64,000 nucleotides of DNA from Candidatus Latescibacterota bacterium (GCA_965219385.1 CBDCNM010000001.1:360631-424630), one strand, 5' to 3'. Shown: positions 10,004-21,419, counted from the first letter of the stretch. Program-made: numbers and translations. The notes: generated by a model from the sequence alone, not told the origin.

Positions 10004-10939
10004 TCACGAACCAACGTAGTCGCCCTCGATGAAGTCGATCGCATCTTCACCATTCAAATCGTGGTTCCGGATTAGCTGCTTCAGCCCGGTCGTTTCTGAC
10101 CATCTGTAGAGGCCATTGCTTACACCTTCGAGGGTAGAAAGACGATCCATCAAGTCGTTCTCGTCCAGCAGAAAGACCCTTCCCGGCGATCCGGGCTCAT
10201 AGGCGAGGGCCTCGAAGGAAAGGGTTCGCGCGGTGGAAAAGCCCGACCAGAAATGGGTGACGGCATAACAAAACACGCCAGGCCCGAGCGCAGGCTTGCG
10301 CCCTCGAACGAACCGGAATCCGTCACGTTTTCCAATAGGCCTGATCAGCCCAAGTTCCGTGAGTGGGGACTCCAAGGTATCCTCGTGACTTGCCTTCCCC
10401 GTTGGTAGCTGCGACACGTAAGAGCGCACAAAGCAGGCAACGTCGTTCCTGATCGTAGCGGTGGATGAGCGTCGCCATTCACGATCCTTTGCCAGCTTCT
10501 CCAAGCTCTTGACAAGCATGTCGCGCTCGAAGGATGGTGCGGGGAAGTAGTTGAATGCCCAAAACCACGTGGTCTTGTCAGGTTGGCCGCACAGCTGCCA
10601 GTGAACAAGCCACGCGGTAGCCGGGTTTTCCATGTACGGGTCGAGGCCATCTGCGGCAAATAAACGCTGGCCAAGTGCTGTGGTTACTGTGTGACGCGAT
10701 GCGTCCTTGATGATACCCGCCGCAGTGGCCCAATGCCGTATAGAGGCCACCATGTTCTTGCCGACCCCAAACCGTGCGATGGCGTCGTCCGCCAAGAAGA
10801 CCGACCTGTTATTTTCGTCGCCCTCGGTTTCCCGGACGGCATCGAAGGCTTTCTTGAGCCACCCATATCGGAGCGGAAACGTCTCGTGACCGGATAGCTG
10901 CGGTTGGTAGTCGTCGCGGTGGAGGGGACCTCGTATCAT
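10004..10939 (-). CDS. sspB: DUF4007 protein, SspB-like nickase
   Basis: SGHETFPLRYGWLKK, FGVGKNMVASIRHW, DPYME, ESPLTELGLI, PGRVFLL. Confidence 0.85.
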   Translation of the reverse strand: MIRGPLHRDDYQPQLSGHETFPLRYGWLKKAFDAVRETEGDENNRSVFLADDAIARFGVGKNMVASIRHWATAAGIIKDASRHTVTTALGQRLFAADGLDPYMENPATAWLVHWQLCGQPDKTTWFWAFNYFPAPSFERDMLVKSLEKLAKDREWRRSSTATIRNDVACFVRSYVSQLPTGKASHEDTLESPLTELGLIRPIGKRDGFRFVRGRKPALGPGVFCYAVTHFWSGFSTARTLSFEALAYEPGSPGRVFLLDENDLMDRLSTLEGVSNGLYRWSETTGLKQLIRNHDLNGEDAIDFIEGDYVGS

Positions 10940-11153
10940 TGCCTCTCTGCGCCTGGATGGAACGTCCAGGTTGACGATACCGATATTTTTCGGTATTGTC
11001 AATAATTAACTGGCGACATCCTCCAGGAGCTATAGCAATCCTAAATGAGATGTGAAATCTGATGTGATATAAGTATTTGTTTTTACAGGGAAAGCGATGG
11101 ATAAATTCACGAATTACGTAGGGTTGCTATAGGGATGGGCAAATGAGCTAAGC

Positions 11154-12338
11154 ATGGACAATCGAGAGACCATCTACGCGGATTATCAGGCGACCACGCC
11201 GGTTGATCCACGGGTCTTGACAAAGATGGCCCCCTGTTGGGGCAGATCATTCGGCAATCCTCACTCGAGCGATCATGTCTTCGGTTGGCGAGCCGACAAG
11301 GCGGTTCAGGAAGCGGCCGCATCCGTAGCGGCGTTGATAGGCGCCGACGCCGATGAGGTGATCTTCACCTCCGGCGCCACCGAAGCCAACAACCTCGCGT
11401 TGCTCGGTCTTGCCCGGCGCGCGCCGGGCGTCCGTCGACGTATTCTGGTCAGCGCAATCGAGCACAAGTGTGTCTTGGGTGCCGCGCGGACGCTATCCGC
11501 GCGTGAAGGATTCACCGTCGAGACCATTGCAGTGGACCGGGAAGGATTTATCGACTTCGATGTGTTGGAAGAACGCGTAGACGAAAGTGTTCTTCTCCTT
11601 TCCGTAATGGCGGTGAACAACGAAGTTGGGACCATCCAGGACATTCCACGGATTGCCAAACTGCTCGCGCCCCACGGCATACTGTTTCACTGTGATGCAG
11701 CGCAAGCTCCCTGCGCCATGGACGTGAGTGATCTTGCCACCCATACCGACCTGATGAGCCTTTCAGGGCATAAGATGTACGGCCCACAGGGTATCGGTGC
11801 GTTGTACATCCGCCGCAATCTCAAAGAGTCGATCGAGCCATTGATCTATGGTGGGGGGCAGCAAGAAGGCCTGCGTTCCGGTACCGTTCCGATGCCGCTT
11901 TGTGTCGGCTTGGGGACGGCTGTCGAGATCGTTGCCGACGCCGACGCCGAAGAGGAGCGCACACGGGTTGCTCGCCGACGCGATACATTTGTTCACCTAC
12001 TACAAAGCGGAGAATTCCCAGTCACCGTCAACGGAACGATCGGCGAGCGGCGGCATCCGGGCAACGCCAACATCTGCTTTGACGGCTTCCATGCGCAAGA
12101 CATCCTTGGCGTCCTTCAGCCTCGGCTCGCCGCATCCACCGGCGCTGCATGTGCGTCGGGCATTCCCGAGCCATCGCACGTACTGCGCGCCCTCGGTCTG
12201 ACTACAACACAAAGCGACGCTTCCATTCGCTTTAGCTTTGGCCGGTTCACTACCTTCGAGGATATTGAGAATGCGGCACACCTGGTTGGGGGAGCTCTTG
12301 CTACCCTTTCTTTCGAGACCGCATCCCGACCTGGATGA
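11154..12338 (+). CDS. sspA: Cysteine desulfurase (IscS/DndA/SspA-like)
   Basis: DYQATTP, FTSGATEANN, HCDAAQ, SGHKMYGPQG, STGAACASG; divergent from sspB. Confidence 0.85.
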   Translation: MDNRETIYADYQATTPVDPRVLTKMAPCWGRSFGNPHSSDHVFGWRADKAVQEAAASVAALIGADADEVIFTSGATEANNLALLGLARRAPGVRRRILVSAIEHKCVLGAARTLSAREGFTVETIAVDREGFIDFDVLEERVDESVLLLSVMAVNNEVGTIQDIPRIAKLLAPHGILFHCDAAQAPCAMDVSDLATHTDLMSLSGHKMYGPQGIGALYIRRNLKESIEPLIYGGGQQEGLRSGTVPMPLCVGLGTAVEIVADADAEEERTRVARRRDTFVHLLQSGEFPVTVNGTIGERRHPGNANICFDGFHAQDILGVLQPRLAASTGAACASGIPEPSHVLRALGLTTTQSDASIRFSFGRFTTFEDIENAAHLVGGALATLSFETASRPG

Positions 12339-12387
12339 CCTGTTCAATGCACCCCCTAAGTAGCAGAGCCTATCCACTCTGCCTTGT

Positions 12388-12509
12388 GCCGGCGCAACGA
12401 GTGGTTCGTGCAGTTCGACACGAACAAACCCGAGACCAGGCCGGAGGTGGTCAAGCAATTGCCCATCGTGCCGACGCTGGGCTTCAATTTTTCGTTTTGA
12501 GGAGGACAT
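12388..12509 (+). repeat. Direct repeat copy 2 of TonB 3' end plus RBS GGAGGA
   Basis: 117-bp match to 5368-5484; continues GAGGACAT as in copy 3; abuts brxF start. Confidence 0.95.
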
Positions 12510-12512
12510 GTG

Positions 12513-12989
12513 ATGGCGGAACCCCTTGCAGACCAAATTATGCGAAAGGTCGAGCAGGCCGCCGAGCTCTATCACCGGCTGGTGTTGGTCGTCGCACCGG
12601 CAGGCGCAGGCAAAACCACTGCGTTGCAGGATGTGCGGAATCGCACTGGTGCGCCCCTGGTGAATGTCAACCTCGAGCTTTCTCGTCAAATGCTGGAGTT
12701 GACCGAGCGCCAGCGGGCCTTGCAGCTACCTCATCTTCTTCGAGAGATAGTCAGCAATGGCGGTGATGAGACGGTCCTGCTTGACAACATTGAAGTCATC
12801 TTCGATATTGGCCTGAAACAGGACCCGCTTAGACTGCTCCAGGGACTCTCCCGCAACAAGACCGTGGTGGCCGCATGGAACGGCAACATCGTTGAAGATT
12901 CTTTGACCTATGCCGCTCCAGACCACCCGGAGTACAAACGCTATCCGATGAGTGGTTTTCTGGTGGCAAGCCCGGAGGTGACGATATGA
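12513..12989 (+). CDS. brxF: BREX-3 P-loop protein BrxF
   Basis: [45 protein letters not shown]. Confidence 0.9.
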   Translation: MAEPLADQIMRKVEQAAELYHRLVLVVAPAGAGKTTALQDVRNRTGAPLVNVNLELSRQMLELTERQRALQLPHLLREIVSNGGDETVLLDNIEVIFDIGLKQDPLRLLQGLSRNKTVVAAWNGNIVEDSLTYAAPDHPEYKRYPMSGFLVASPEVTI

Positions 12990-13023
12990 AACCGACAAAT
13001 TCTACTGCAAGAGAGCAGATGCG

Positions 13024-16000
13024 ATGAAATACGGGGACCTGATTCAGTTTGAACCCATCGAGTCCGTGATCCAGTTGCGGGACGCCGATGAAGTCGCCGC
13101 GGCCCGGCAGCTTGTCGCGACCTACGTCATCTCCGAGGAGATGGCGGAAAAACTGGTGGGCCTAGTCATCCCCCAGTTGCAATTTGAGCAGCCGACCGAC
13201 AACAAGGGTCTTCTGGTAGTCGGCAACTACGGCACGGGCAAATCCCACCTGATGTCGGTGCTCTCCGGGCTTGCGGAGAATACCGACCTCGTAGCGAGTC
13301 TGAGCAATGCCGACGTGGCGAATGCTGCCGGAAAAATCGGCGGCCGGTTCAAGGTGGTCCGTACCGAGATCGGAGCCACCATCATGTCCCTGCGGGACAT
13401 CCTTGTGGCCGAGTTGGAGGAGCATCTCGTGGCGATGGGCGTGAGTTACAGTTTCCCCTCCGCTGACGAGGTATCCAACAACAAACGATCCTTTGAAGAA
13501 ATGATGACCGCGTTCCACCAGGAGTTTCCGGACCACGGCCTACTTCTCGTGGTGGACGAACTGCTCGATTATCTGCGCACCCGCAAGGATCAGGAACTCA
13601 TCCTGGACCTGAACTTCCTCCGTGAAATCGGCGAGGTTTGCAAGGACCTGCGCTTCCGCTTCATGGCCGGTGTACAGGAAGCCATCTTCGATAGTCCCCG
13701 CTTTTCCTTTGTGGCCGACAGCATCCGCCGGGTGAAGGATCGGTTCGAGCAAGTGCTCATCGCCCGCAAAGACGTCAAGTTCGTGGTGGCGGAGCGGCTG
13801 CTCAAGAAAACCGGCGAGCAACAGGTCAAAATACGCGAATACCTTACGCCCTTCGGCAAATTCTACGGCCAGATGAACGAGCGCATGGATGAGTTCGTTC
13901 GCCTCTTTCCGGTGCATCCGGATTATATCGACACCTTTGAGCGGGTGACCGCCGTGGAAAAGCGCGAGGTGTTGAAGACGCTCTCTCTAGCCATGAAGAA
14001 AATGCTCAACCAGGACATGCCGGACGACCGTCCTGGGCTTATTGCCTACGACACCTATTGGACCAACCTCCGCGAGAACCCCTCGTTTCGCGCCGTGCCG
14101 GACATCAAGGCGGTCATCGACTGCAGCGAAGTGCTGGAGTCCCGCATCCAGCAGGCGTTCACGCGCCCGGCCTACAAGCCCATGGCGCTACGGCTCATCC
14201 ATGCCCTTTCGGTCCACCGGCTTACCACCGGCGACATCTATGCCACTTTGGGCGCAACGGCCGGGGAGTTGCGGGACGGGCTTTGCCTATATCAACCGGG
14301 TATTGAGGAATTGGGCGGCGATCCGGCCGACGATCTGCTCTCGCAGGTGGAGACCGTCCTCCGGGAAATTCACAAGACGGTCAACGGTCAATTCATTTCA
14401 TCGAACCCGGACAACCGGCAGTTTTATCTCGACCTGAAGAAGACCGACGACTTTGATGCGCTGATCGAGAAGCGTGCCGAGAGCCTCGACGCCTCCCAGC
14501 TAGATCGTTACTACTACGAGGCCCTGAAACGGGTCATGGAGTGTACGGACCAGACCTACGTCACTGGCTACAAGATCTGGCAGCACGAGCTGGAGTGGCT
14601 GGAGCGAAAGGCAGCACGGCAGGGGTATCTCTTCTTCGGTGCGCCCAACGAACGCTCCACCGCCGTCCCCCCCCGGGACTTTTACCTCTATTTCATTCAG
14701 CCCTTTGATGCGCCGCATTTCAAGGATGAAAAAAACTCCGACGAGTTATTCCTGTGGCTCTCCAACATGGACAGCGAGTTCCGCACGGCACTCGGAAACT
14801 ACGCCGCGGCCCTGGACTTGGCCTCCACTTCATCGGGGCACGCCAAGTCCACCTACGAGTCCAAGTCATCCCATTTTCTGCGGGATTTGGTGCAGTGGTT
14901 GCAAAAGCACATGACCGATGCTTTCGAGGTCACCTATCAGGGACGCAGCAAGTCGCTCACCGAATGGGCCAAGGGCAAGTCTATCCGGGAACTGTCCGGC
15001 ATTGGCTCCCATGAGCGCATCAATTTCCGCGATTTGGTCAACACTATCGCCGGCGTTTGTCTGGAAGCGCACTTTGAGGATCAGGCACCTGAATATCCCT
15101 CCTTCTCGGTGCTCATCACCGGAGCCAACCGGGACCAGGCCGCGCAAGATGCCCTGCGCGCTATCGCCGGCCAAAACCGCACTAAACAGGCAACAGCAGT
15201 ACTAGATGCCCTACAACTGCTCGATGGCGAACGCCTCAATTCTGACAAGTCCAAGTACGCCAAATACATCCTCGAGCTACTCGAAAAGAAGGGCCATGGC
15301 CAAGTGGTCAATCACTCCGAACTGATCCAGGACGACAAGGGGGTGGAGTACCTGGACAAGGACCGTCAGCGTCTGGAGCCTGAATGGGTTGCTGTCGTCC
15401 TGGCCGTCCTGGTCTATTCCGGCGATCTGGTGCTCGCCATTCCGGGCAAGAAGTTCGACGCCACCGGCCTGCCGCAATTGGCAGGGACTGGCGTGGACGA
15501 ACTCGCGGAGTTCAAGCACATTGAACGGCCCAAAGACTGGAATCTGCCGGGCCTCAAGGCCCTGTTTGAACTGCTCGGTCTCACGCCCGGCTTGGCGCAG
15601 CTAGTCACCCAGAGCGAGGAAGACCCGGTCAAACAGTTGCAGAAAGCCATTTCCGCATCGGTGGAAAAGCTGGTGCTCCTGCAGCAGAGCCTGCAACGCG
15701 GTCTGATCTTTTGGGACCGGAACCTGTTGGCCGAGGAGGAAACACAGAAATTCCGCGCACGGCTCGATGAGACCAAGACCTTCTTAGAAACGCTCCAGGT
15801 CTATACCTCGCCCGGCAGACTCAAGAATTTCCGCTACGACGCGCAGGAGGTCGCATCCCATCGGGATGGACTCGATTCCCTAGCTGAGATCGAATCCCTC
15901 CAGGAACTGGTGGCCGATCTCGGCACTACTGCGTCCTTCCTCTCAACCGCCGAGGCAGTGCTATCTGCGGAACACGAGTGGGTGAACAAGACGAAAGAGG

Positions 16001-16749
16001 CACGTGACGAGGCCCTTGCTCAACTCGGCGATCCGGCCAAGCGCGGCGCGGACTTCCGCCAGCAGGCCCAGCGCAAATTGGCTGACCTCAAGGCGGAATA
16101 TCTACAGATATACTTGGGGTTGCACGCTAAGGCGCGGCTGGGCGTGAACGAGGACAAGCGCAAGATCGAGCTGGTGAGCGACGAGCGGCTCAAGGTGCTG
16201 CAGAAGCTATCCACCATTGAGTTGATGCCCCGCCAGCACCTCACCGACTTTCAAAACCGCCTCGCCGGTTTGAAGAGTTGCTTTGCCCTCACAGAACAAG
16301 AGGTGGACGCCGCGCCCGTCTGCCCGCATTGTGGCTTCAAACCAAGCGCGGAGCCGGCCACCGCTCCTGCCAGAACGGTTCTGGACGGTTTGGACGACGA
16401 GCTTGACAAGCTGGTGGCCAGCTGGACCCAGACGCTACTGACCAACCTGGAGGACCCGACCACAAAGGGCAACCTGGACCTGCTCAAGCCCGATGCCAAG
16501 AAACTGGTGGATGGCTTCATCGACAAGCGGGTCCTCCCGGACGAACTCGACCAGGACTTTATCCACGCCTTGGGCGAGGTGTTTTCCGGTCTCCAGAAGG
16601 TACCGGTCAAGACCGCTAACCTGCGGGCTGCCCTGCTCTCCGGCGGTTCACCGGTAACGCCGGTGGAAATGAAGAAGCGGTTCGAGGAGTACCTGGACGA
16701 ACTCACTAAAGGCAAAGAGCCCGACAAGGTAAGGATCGTGCTGGAGTGA
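13024..16749 (+). CDS. brxC: BREX-3 ATPase BrxC (DUF6079)
   Basis: [35 protein letters not shown]-terminal CPHC, 1241 aa. Confidence 0.9.
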   Translation: MKYGDLIQFEPIESVIQLRDADEVAAARQLVATYVISEEMAEKLVGLVIPQLQFEQPTDNKGLLVVGNYGTGKSHLMSVLSGLAENTDLVASLSNADVANAAGKIGGRFKVVRTEIGATIMSLRDILVAELEEHLVAMGVSYSFPSADEVSNNKRSFEEMMTAFHQEFPDHGLLLVVDELLDYLRTRKDQELILDLNFLREIGEVCKDLRFRFMAGVQEAIFDSPRFSFVADSIRRVKDRFEQVLIARKDVKFVVAERLLKKTGEQQVKIREYLTPFGKFYGQMNERMDEFVRLFPVHPDYIDTFERVTAVEKREVLKTLSLAMKKMLNQDMPDDRPGLIAYDTYWTNLRENPSFRAVPDIKAVIDCSEVLESRIQQAFTRPAYKPMALRLIHALSVHRLTTGDIYATLGATAGELRDGLCLYQPGIEELGGDPADDLLSQVETVLREIHKTVNGQFISSNPDNRQFYLDLKKTDDFDALIEKRAESLDASQLDRYYYEALKRVMECTDQTYVTGYKIWQHELEWLERKAARQGYLFFGAPNERSTAVPPRDFYLYFIQPFDAPHFKDEKNSDELFLWLSNMDSEFRTALGNYAAALDLASTSSGHAKSTYESKSSHFLRDLVQWLQKHMTDAFEVTYQGRSKSLTEWAKGKSIRELSGIGSHERINFRDLVNTIAGVCLEAHFEDQAPEYPSFSVLITGANRDQAAQDALRAIAGQNRTKQATAVLDALQLLDGERLNSDKSKYAKYILELLEKKGHGQVVNHSELIQDDKGVEYLDKDRQRLEPEWVAVVLAVLVYSGDLVLAIPGKKFDATGLPQLAGTGVDELAEFKHIERPKDWNLPGLKALFELLGLTPGLAQLVTQSEEDPVKQLQKAISASVEKLVLLQQSLQRGLIFWDRNLLAEEETQKFRARLDETKTFLETLQVYTSPGRLKNFRYDAQEVASHRDGLDSLAEIESLQELVADLGTTASFLSTAEAVLSAEHEWVNKTKEARDEALAQLGDPAKRGADFRQQAQRKLADLKAEYLQIYLGLHAKARLGVNEDKRKIELVSDERLKVLQKLSTIELMPRQHLTDFQNRLAGLKSCFALTEQEVDAAPVCPHCGFKPSAEPATAPARTVLDGLDDELDKLVASWTQTLLTNLEDPTTKGNLDLLKPDAKKLVDGFIDKRVLPDELDQDFIHALGEVFSGLQKVPVKTANLRAALLSGGSPVTPVEMKKRFEEYLDELTKGKEPDKVRIVLE

Positions 16750-16753
16750 ACAC

Positions 16754-18640
16754 ATGACGCAGGATGAACTGATAGAACTGCTCAACGCGCATGAATGGCG
16801 CGATGTTGAGTTTAAGGAAGCGCAACGCGCCGTGCCGCGAAATGCCTATGAGACGGTATCTGCTTTTGCAAACACTGAGGGCGGTCATCTTGTATTCGGC
16901 GTCAAGAAGAGCGGGCAGGACATGAAGGTCGTCGGCGTTCTCGATGTCGATAAAGTTCAGAGCGAATTCCTGACTACGTTGCGGCAACCCGACAAGATAA
17001 GCATGGTGGTGGATGTTCGGGAGGGACTGCACAAGTACGACGACTCGGATCTGCTTATCTTCTACGTGCCCGAAGTGCATCGTTCGCACAAGCCCGTCTT
17101 TCTGAACGGGGATATTCGCCGCTCGTTCGTTCGCAGCGGAGGAAGCGACATTCGCTGCTCGGACAACGAACGGAATCGATTTCTCATGGACGCGGCGGCG
17201 GAACGATATGACGGCCAATCTGTCGATCTTGACCTGAGTACGGCGCTCGACTTGGAAAGCATTAAGTGGTACCGGGGGACCTATGAAGGACGGCTGGGGA
17301 ACCTATCCTATGCAACGCTATCCGACAGGGATTTCCTCAACGAGATGGGCTTACTTGTTGAAGAACACGGCCAACTATCTCCATCACGCTCAGCGATTCT
17401 TTTGTTTGGAACCAATGCGGCCTTCCGACAACTCCTGCCGCGTCCTGTAGTGGATTGTCAGAGATTTTCGCTGGCTCGCGACAGGGCCGATGCTGGTGAA
17501 CGCTGGAGTGACCGACTTGTGCTCGACGAGAATCTCATCCGCACTTGGCAGTCCCTTGTCGATTGGTACCAGAGGTTCGCGGAAACGCCGTTCCGAATTG
17601 ATCCCACATCTCTGCAGCGAGATGATACGCCGCCGGACTACCGCGCCTTTCGCGAATCAATGGTCAACCTTCTCATCCACCAGGATTACTCTGATCATTC
17701 TCGTAAGGCGAGTATCCGCCACTATACCGACCAGACCGTTTTCTGGAATCCCGGCGATGCCTTCGCCACCGATGCTGATCTACTTGAACCCGGTGAAAAA
17801 GAGGTTCGCAATCCCCGAATCGTGACGGCCTTTCGGCGCATCGGGCTGAGCGAGAATGCCGGATGGGGACTGCGCGATGTCTTCCGCAACTGGCAGCAAT
17901 TAGGCCACGTTCCACCCACTATTGCCAACCTCAAGGGACGCAAGTGCTTTGAGCTCATCCTGAGAAAAGAAGAACTTCTGTCAGAGCAGCAGATTCTTTT
18001 TCAGGCAAGCCTCGGCGTACAACTCACCGATGAACAGGCAAGGGTATTCGCATTTGGCTGCCGGGAACAGGCAATCACGCTTTCGCAGATCAAGGTCGTA
18101 ACGGGTCTTACAGGACCGGATGCCAGGGAGCTTGCCGACGCCTTGGTCACAAAAGTGCTCTTCAGAATTATTGAAGCCGGAAGAAAGTACGCTTTGGCTG
18201 AGCATCTGGAGGATCGGTTTCGTCAAACTGACCAAGCTGCTGACCAAGCTGATGCACGGGGTGAGGACTTGGTCACTGTACAAGTTCAGCTCAGGCCGCC
18301 CGACTTGTCCAGTGGACAAGTCGAAGAACATTCCGATGACTTGTCCGCTGTACAAGTTCAGCCTTTGACAGAGTTGTCTGCAACACACTGGAAAATCATT
18401 GACTTATGTGATGTGCCTCGTCGTCTGGCCGATATTCTGGAAGCCCTTGGCGTGACCAACCGGGGTTATTTCAAGGAACACCACCTCGATCCGCTGATTA
18501 AGTCCGGGATTGTGGAAATGACTAACCCGGAGAAACCCCGGGCGTCGAACCAGCAATATGTCATTACAGAAGCAGGAGCCCAACTAAAGGCACGGCGCAT
18601 GTCGGAAGAAGATGACCGAAGTGAGGACAAAGATGGCTAA
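16754..18640 (+). CDS. Schlafen/AlbA_2 domain + HATPase_c_4 + C-terminal HTH protein
   Basis: EWRDVEFKEA, SAFANTEGG, RESMVNLLIHQDY, NPG, RNPRI, PEKPRASNQQY. Confidence 0.8.
   Translation: MTQDELIELLNAHEWRDVEFKEAQRAVPRNAYETVSAFANTEGGHLVFGVKKSGQDMKVVGVLDVDKVQSEFLTTLRQPDKISMVVDVREGLHKYDDSDLLIFYVPEVHRSHKPVFLNGDIRRSFVRSGGSDIRCSDNERNRFLMDAAAERYDGQSVDLDLSTALDLESIKWYRGTYEGRLGNLSYATLSDRDFLNEMGLLVEEHGQLSPSRSAILLFGTNAAFRQLLPRPVVDCQRFSLARDRADAGERWSDRLVLDENLIRTWQSLVDWYQRFAETPFRIDPTSLQRDDTPPDYRAFRESMVNLLIHQDYSDHSRKASIRHYTDQTVFWNPGDAFATDADLLEPGEKEVRNPRIVTAFRRIGLSENAGWGLRDVFRNWQQLGHVPPTIANLKGRKCFELILRKEELLSEQQILFQASLGVQLTDEQARVFAFGCREQAITLSQIKVVTGLTGPDARELADALVTKVLFRIIEAGRKYALAEHLEDRFRQTDQAADQADARGEDLVTVQVQLRPPDLSSGQVEEHSDDLSAVQVQPLTELSATHWKIIDLCDVPRRLADILEALGVTNRGYFKEHHLDPLIKSGIVEMTNPEKPRASNQQYVITEAGAQLKARRMSEEDDRSEDKDG
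18228..18362. repeat. 12-bp tandem pair plus three 36-bp-period palindromic units inside the AlbA_2 gene
   Basis: CTGACCAAGCTG x2 (18228-18251); GACTTG...ACAAGT at 18266, 18302, 18338; perfect IR CGACTTGTCCA-G-TGGACAAGTCG 18301-18323. Confidence 0.8.
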
Positions 18641-21419
18641 ACATGACGACAGCTCATCTCTGTTCCCGGAAGCCCATACCGCCAAACCGCAGGGGCCGGT
18701 GGAATGTCTGGGCATGACCTTTGAAAACGATGAGACGCGCCGGGAGTATTTCCTGGGGAAGCTGCGCGAGAAGCTCAAGGACCCGGAGTTCCGCAAGATT
18801 GAGGGGTTCCCGACTGGTGAAGACGAGGACATCTTGGCCCTGTCTGATCCGCCGTATTATACCGCCTGCCCGAATCCGTTCATTGAGGATTTCATCAAGC
18901 ACTATGGGAAGCCGTATAATCCGAGCACTCCATACTCCATCGAGCCATATTCCGGCGAGCTAGCCGCTAGCCGCAACAATCGTTTTGTGAATGCTCATTC
19001 CTATGCCACAAAGGTCCCCTACGAGATAATTTGCAAGCTAATTTTGCATTACACCCAACCCGGCGACATTGTACTCGATTCTTTTGCAGGGACCGGAATG
19101 ACTGCTGTAGCTGGGCAGCTATGTGGCAACCCGGCTACAGTTGACGCTATGGGAATGAAGGTAGCCTCTACTAACGATCATACGGCAGTCGATGGTCAAC
19201 TGTTCAATGCTTTAGGTACACGTCAAGTCTTGGCTGGTGACCTATGCCCCGCTGCAACATTCCTAGCTGCCAACTTTAATCTGCCATTATCGGAGCAAGA
19301 ATTCAAAGAATCAATCGACAAGATCCTAGAGACGGTTGAAACAGAATGCGGATGGATGTACGAAACACGTCACGACAAGAATACACTCGGACGGATTTTA
19401 TGCACGGTCTGGTCGGATGTGTTTGTCTGCCCTGAGTGTACAGGCAACATTGTTTTTTGGGACGTAGCTGTAGATACCAAAGGCGGGACTATCCGCGACA
19501 TCATCGAATGTTCGCACTGTGGGGCAAAGTCTACAAAGCGAAAGCTAGAACGCGCCTGGACTACAAAATATGACAAGCAGTTGCAAACTCCTGTGCGGCA
19601 ATTCAAACAATTGCCAGTGCTAATTTTATATAAACATGGCGGTAAACGCTATGAGAAGAAACCCGATATATATGACTTGAATCTACTAGCCAAGATAGAA
19701 GATTTCGACATTCCTTACTGGTTTCCGACAGACAGAATGCCGGTAGGTGAAGAGTCTCGCCGAAACGACATTATCGGCCTTACACATGTCCATCATTTCT
19801 TCACTCGTCGCAATCTAGCTGCACTTGCTTGCGCGTGGTCAACTGTGCGCTCACTTCGAGAGCGCTTCATGCTTACGAGCATGATGTATAAGTCTTCCGT
19901 TTTGTGCGCACCACTAATGAGCAATTACTTCGCTGCTCAGAGAGGCGAAGCGCGTGGGGGTTGGGTTGGGAAGGAACGGTCAGGCACGCTATATTGCCCC
20001 TCGATTCATAGCGAGGTTTCGATCGCGTCGCAGATTGAATCGCGTCGCAATGCAGTTACTGTGACGGCAGCGTCGCAGCAACTGCCCTGCATCACCACAT
20101 CTTCCGCCACAGTGATGTCGATAGCTGAAGACAGCATTGACTACATTTTTACCGACCCCCCCTTCGGATCAAACAAGATGTATTCAGAGTTGAACTTCCT
20201 TTGGGAATCGTGGCTGAAGGTAAAGACGAACAACGCGTTAGAGGCAATAAGCAACAGGGCACAGAAGAAGGGACTTCAAGAATACGAAGATCTGATGAGG
20301 CGTGGATTTGTGCAGTACTACCGCGTCCTCAAGCCAGGACGATGGCTGACTGTGGAATTCTCCAATACAAGCAACGCAGTCTGGAACGCGTTACAGAATG
20401 CGTTAGGGGCCGCGGGTTTTGTCGTCGCCGATGTGACAAGTCTCAACAAGAAGCAGGGCTCGATATTGGGGTACACAACTGCAACTGCTGCGAGACAGGA
20501 CCTTGCCATCTCTGCCTACAAACCCAACGGAGGCCTTGAGAATCGGTTCAAGCTGACAGCCGGAACAGAGGAAGGCGTGTGGGACTTTGTCCGAACACAC
20601 CTGAAACAGCTCCCGGTGTTCGTTTCCAAAGATGGTCAGGCTGAAGTCATTGCCGAACGCCAGAACTACCTGCTCTTCGACCGCATGGTTGCCTTCCACG
20701 TCCAGCGTGGTGTGACGGTGCCTTTATCCGCTGCCGAGTTTTACACAGGTATAGAAAAGCGGTTTCCTCCACGTGACGGTATGTATTTCCTGCCCAACCA
20801 GGCTGCTGAGTACGATAAGAAGCGAATGACAGTCAAGGAGGTACTCCAGCTTCAGCTTTTCGTTTCCGACGAGGCATCGGCCATCCAGTGGCTCAAGCAG
20901 CAACTCACCAAGAGGCCGCAGACCTTCCAAGACATCCATCCGCAATTCTTGAAAGAGATCGGCGGCTGGCAGAAACATGAAAAGACCTTGGAGCTTTCCG
21001 TACTGCTTGGAGAGAACTTCCTGCGCTACGACGGCAAGGGCGAAGTCCCCAGCCAGATTCACAGCTATCTTTCGTCGAACTTCAAGGAACTCCGCAACTT
21101 AGCCAAGGACAACCCATCGCTCAAGGCCAAGGCCAAGGATCGCTGGTATGTACCCGACCCGAACAAGGCCGGTGAACGGGAGAAGCTGCGCGAAAGAACC
21201 CTAATACGAGAATTTGAAGAGTACCGGGAATCCAGACAGAAACGCCTGAAGGTGTTTCGTCTTGAGGCTGTTCGAGCCGGATTCAAGAAGGCATGGCAAG
21301 AGCGCGACTACGCCACTATAATAGCTGTCGCAGAGAAAATTCCGGAGACGATCCTCCAAGAGGATTCTAAGCTCCTCATGTGGTATGACCAAGCGTTGAT
21401 AAGGAAGGGAGGCGAGTGA
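18633..21419 (+). CDS. pglXI: BREX-3 DNA methyltransferase PglXI
   Basis: SDPPYYTACPNP, DSFAGTGMT, YIFTDPPF, Zn-ribbon CPEC/CSHC, LLMWYDQA tail. Confidence 0.88.
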   Translation: MAKHDDSSSLFPEAHTAKPQGPVECLGMTFENDETRREYFLGKLREKLKDPEFRKIEGFPTGEDEDILALSDPPYYTACPNPFIEDFIKHYGKPYNPSTPYSIEPYSGELAASRNNRFVNAHSYATKVPYEIICKLILHYTQPGDIVLDSFAGTGMTAVAGQLCGNPATVDAMGMKVASTNDHTAVDGQLFNALGTRQVLAGDLCPAATFLAANFNLPLSEQEFKESIDKILETVETECGWMYETRHDKNTLGRILCTVWSDVFVCPECTGNIVFWDVAVDTKGGTIRDIIECSHCGAKSTKRKLERAWTTKYDKQLQTPVRQFKQLPVLILYKHGGKRYEKKPDIYDLNLLAKIEDFDIPYWFPTDRMPVGEESRRNDIIGLTHVHHFFTRRNLAALACAWSTVRSLRERFMLTSMMYKSSVLCAPLMSNYFAAQRGEARGGWVGKERSGTLYCPSIHSEVSIASQIESRRNAVTVTAASQQLPCITTSSATVMSIAEDSIDYIFTDPPFGSNKMYSELNFLWESWLKVKTNNALEAISNRAQKKGLQEYEDLMRRGFVQYYRVLKPGRWLTVEFSNTSNAVWNALQNALGAAGFVVADVTSLNKKQGSILGYTTATAARQDLAISAYKPNGGLENRFKLTAGTEEGVWDFVRTHLKQLPVFVSKDGQAEVIAERQNYLLFDRMVAFHVQRGVTVPLSAAEFYTGIEKRFPPRDGMYFLPNQAAEYDKKRMTVKEVLQLQLFVSDEASAIQWLKQQLTKRPQTFQDIHPQFLKEIGGWQKHEKTLELSVLLGENFLRYDGKGEVPSQIHSYLSSNFKELRNLAKDNPSLKAKAKDRWYVPDPNKAGEREKLRERTLIREFEEYRESRQKRLKVFRLEAVRAGFKKAWQERDYATIIAVAEKIPETILQEDSKLLMWYDQALIRKGGE

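Noticed and set aside
8539..12338. Calling this BREX type 4 or a housekeeping iscS locus
   Set aside because: No PAPS reductase, brxL or isc/suf genes; DUF4007 + ATPase + desulfurase fits Ssp better and the adjacent BREX is type 3
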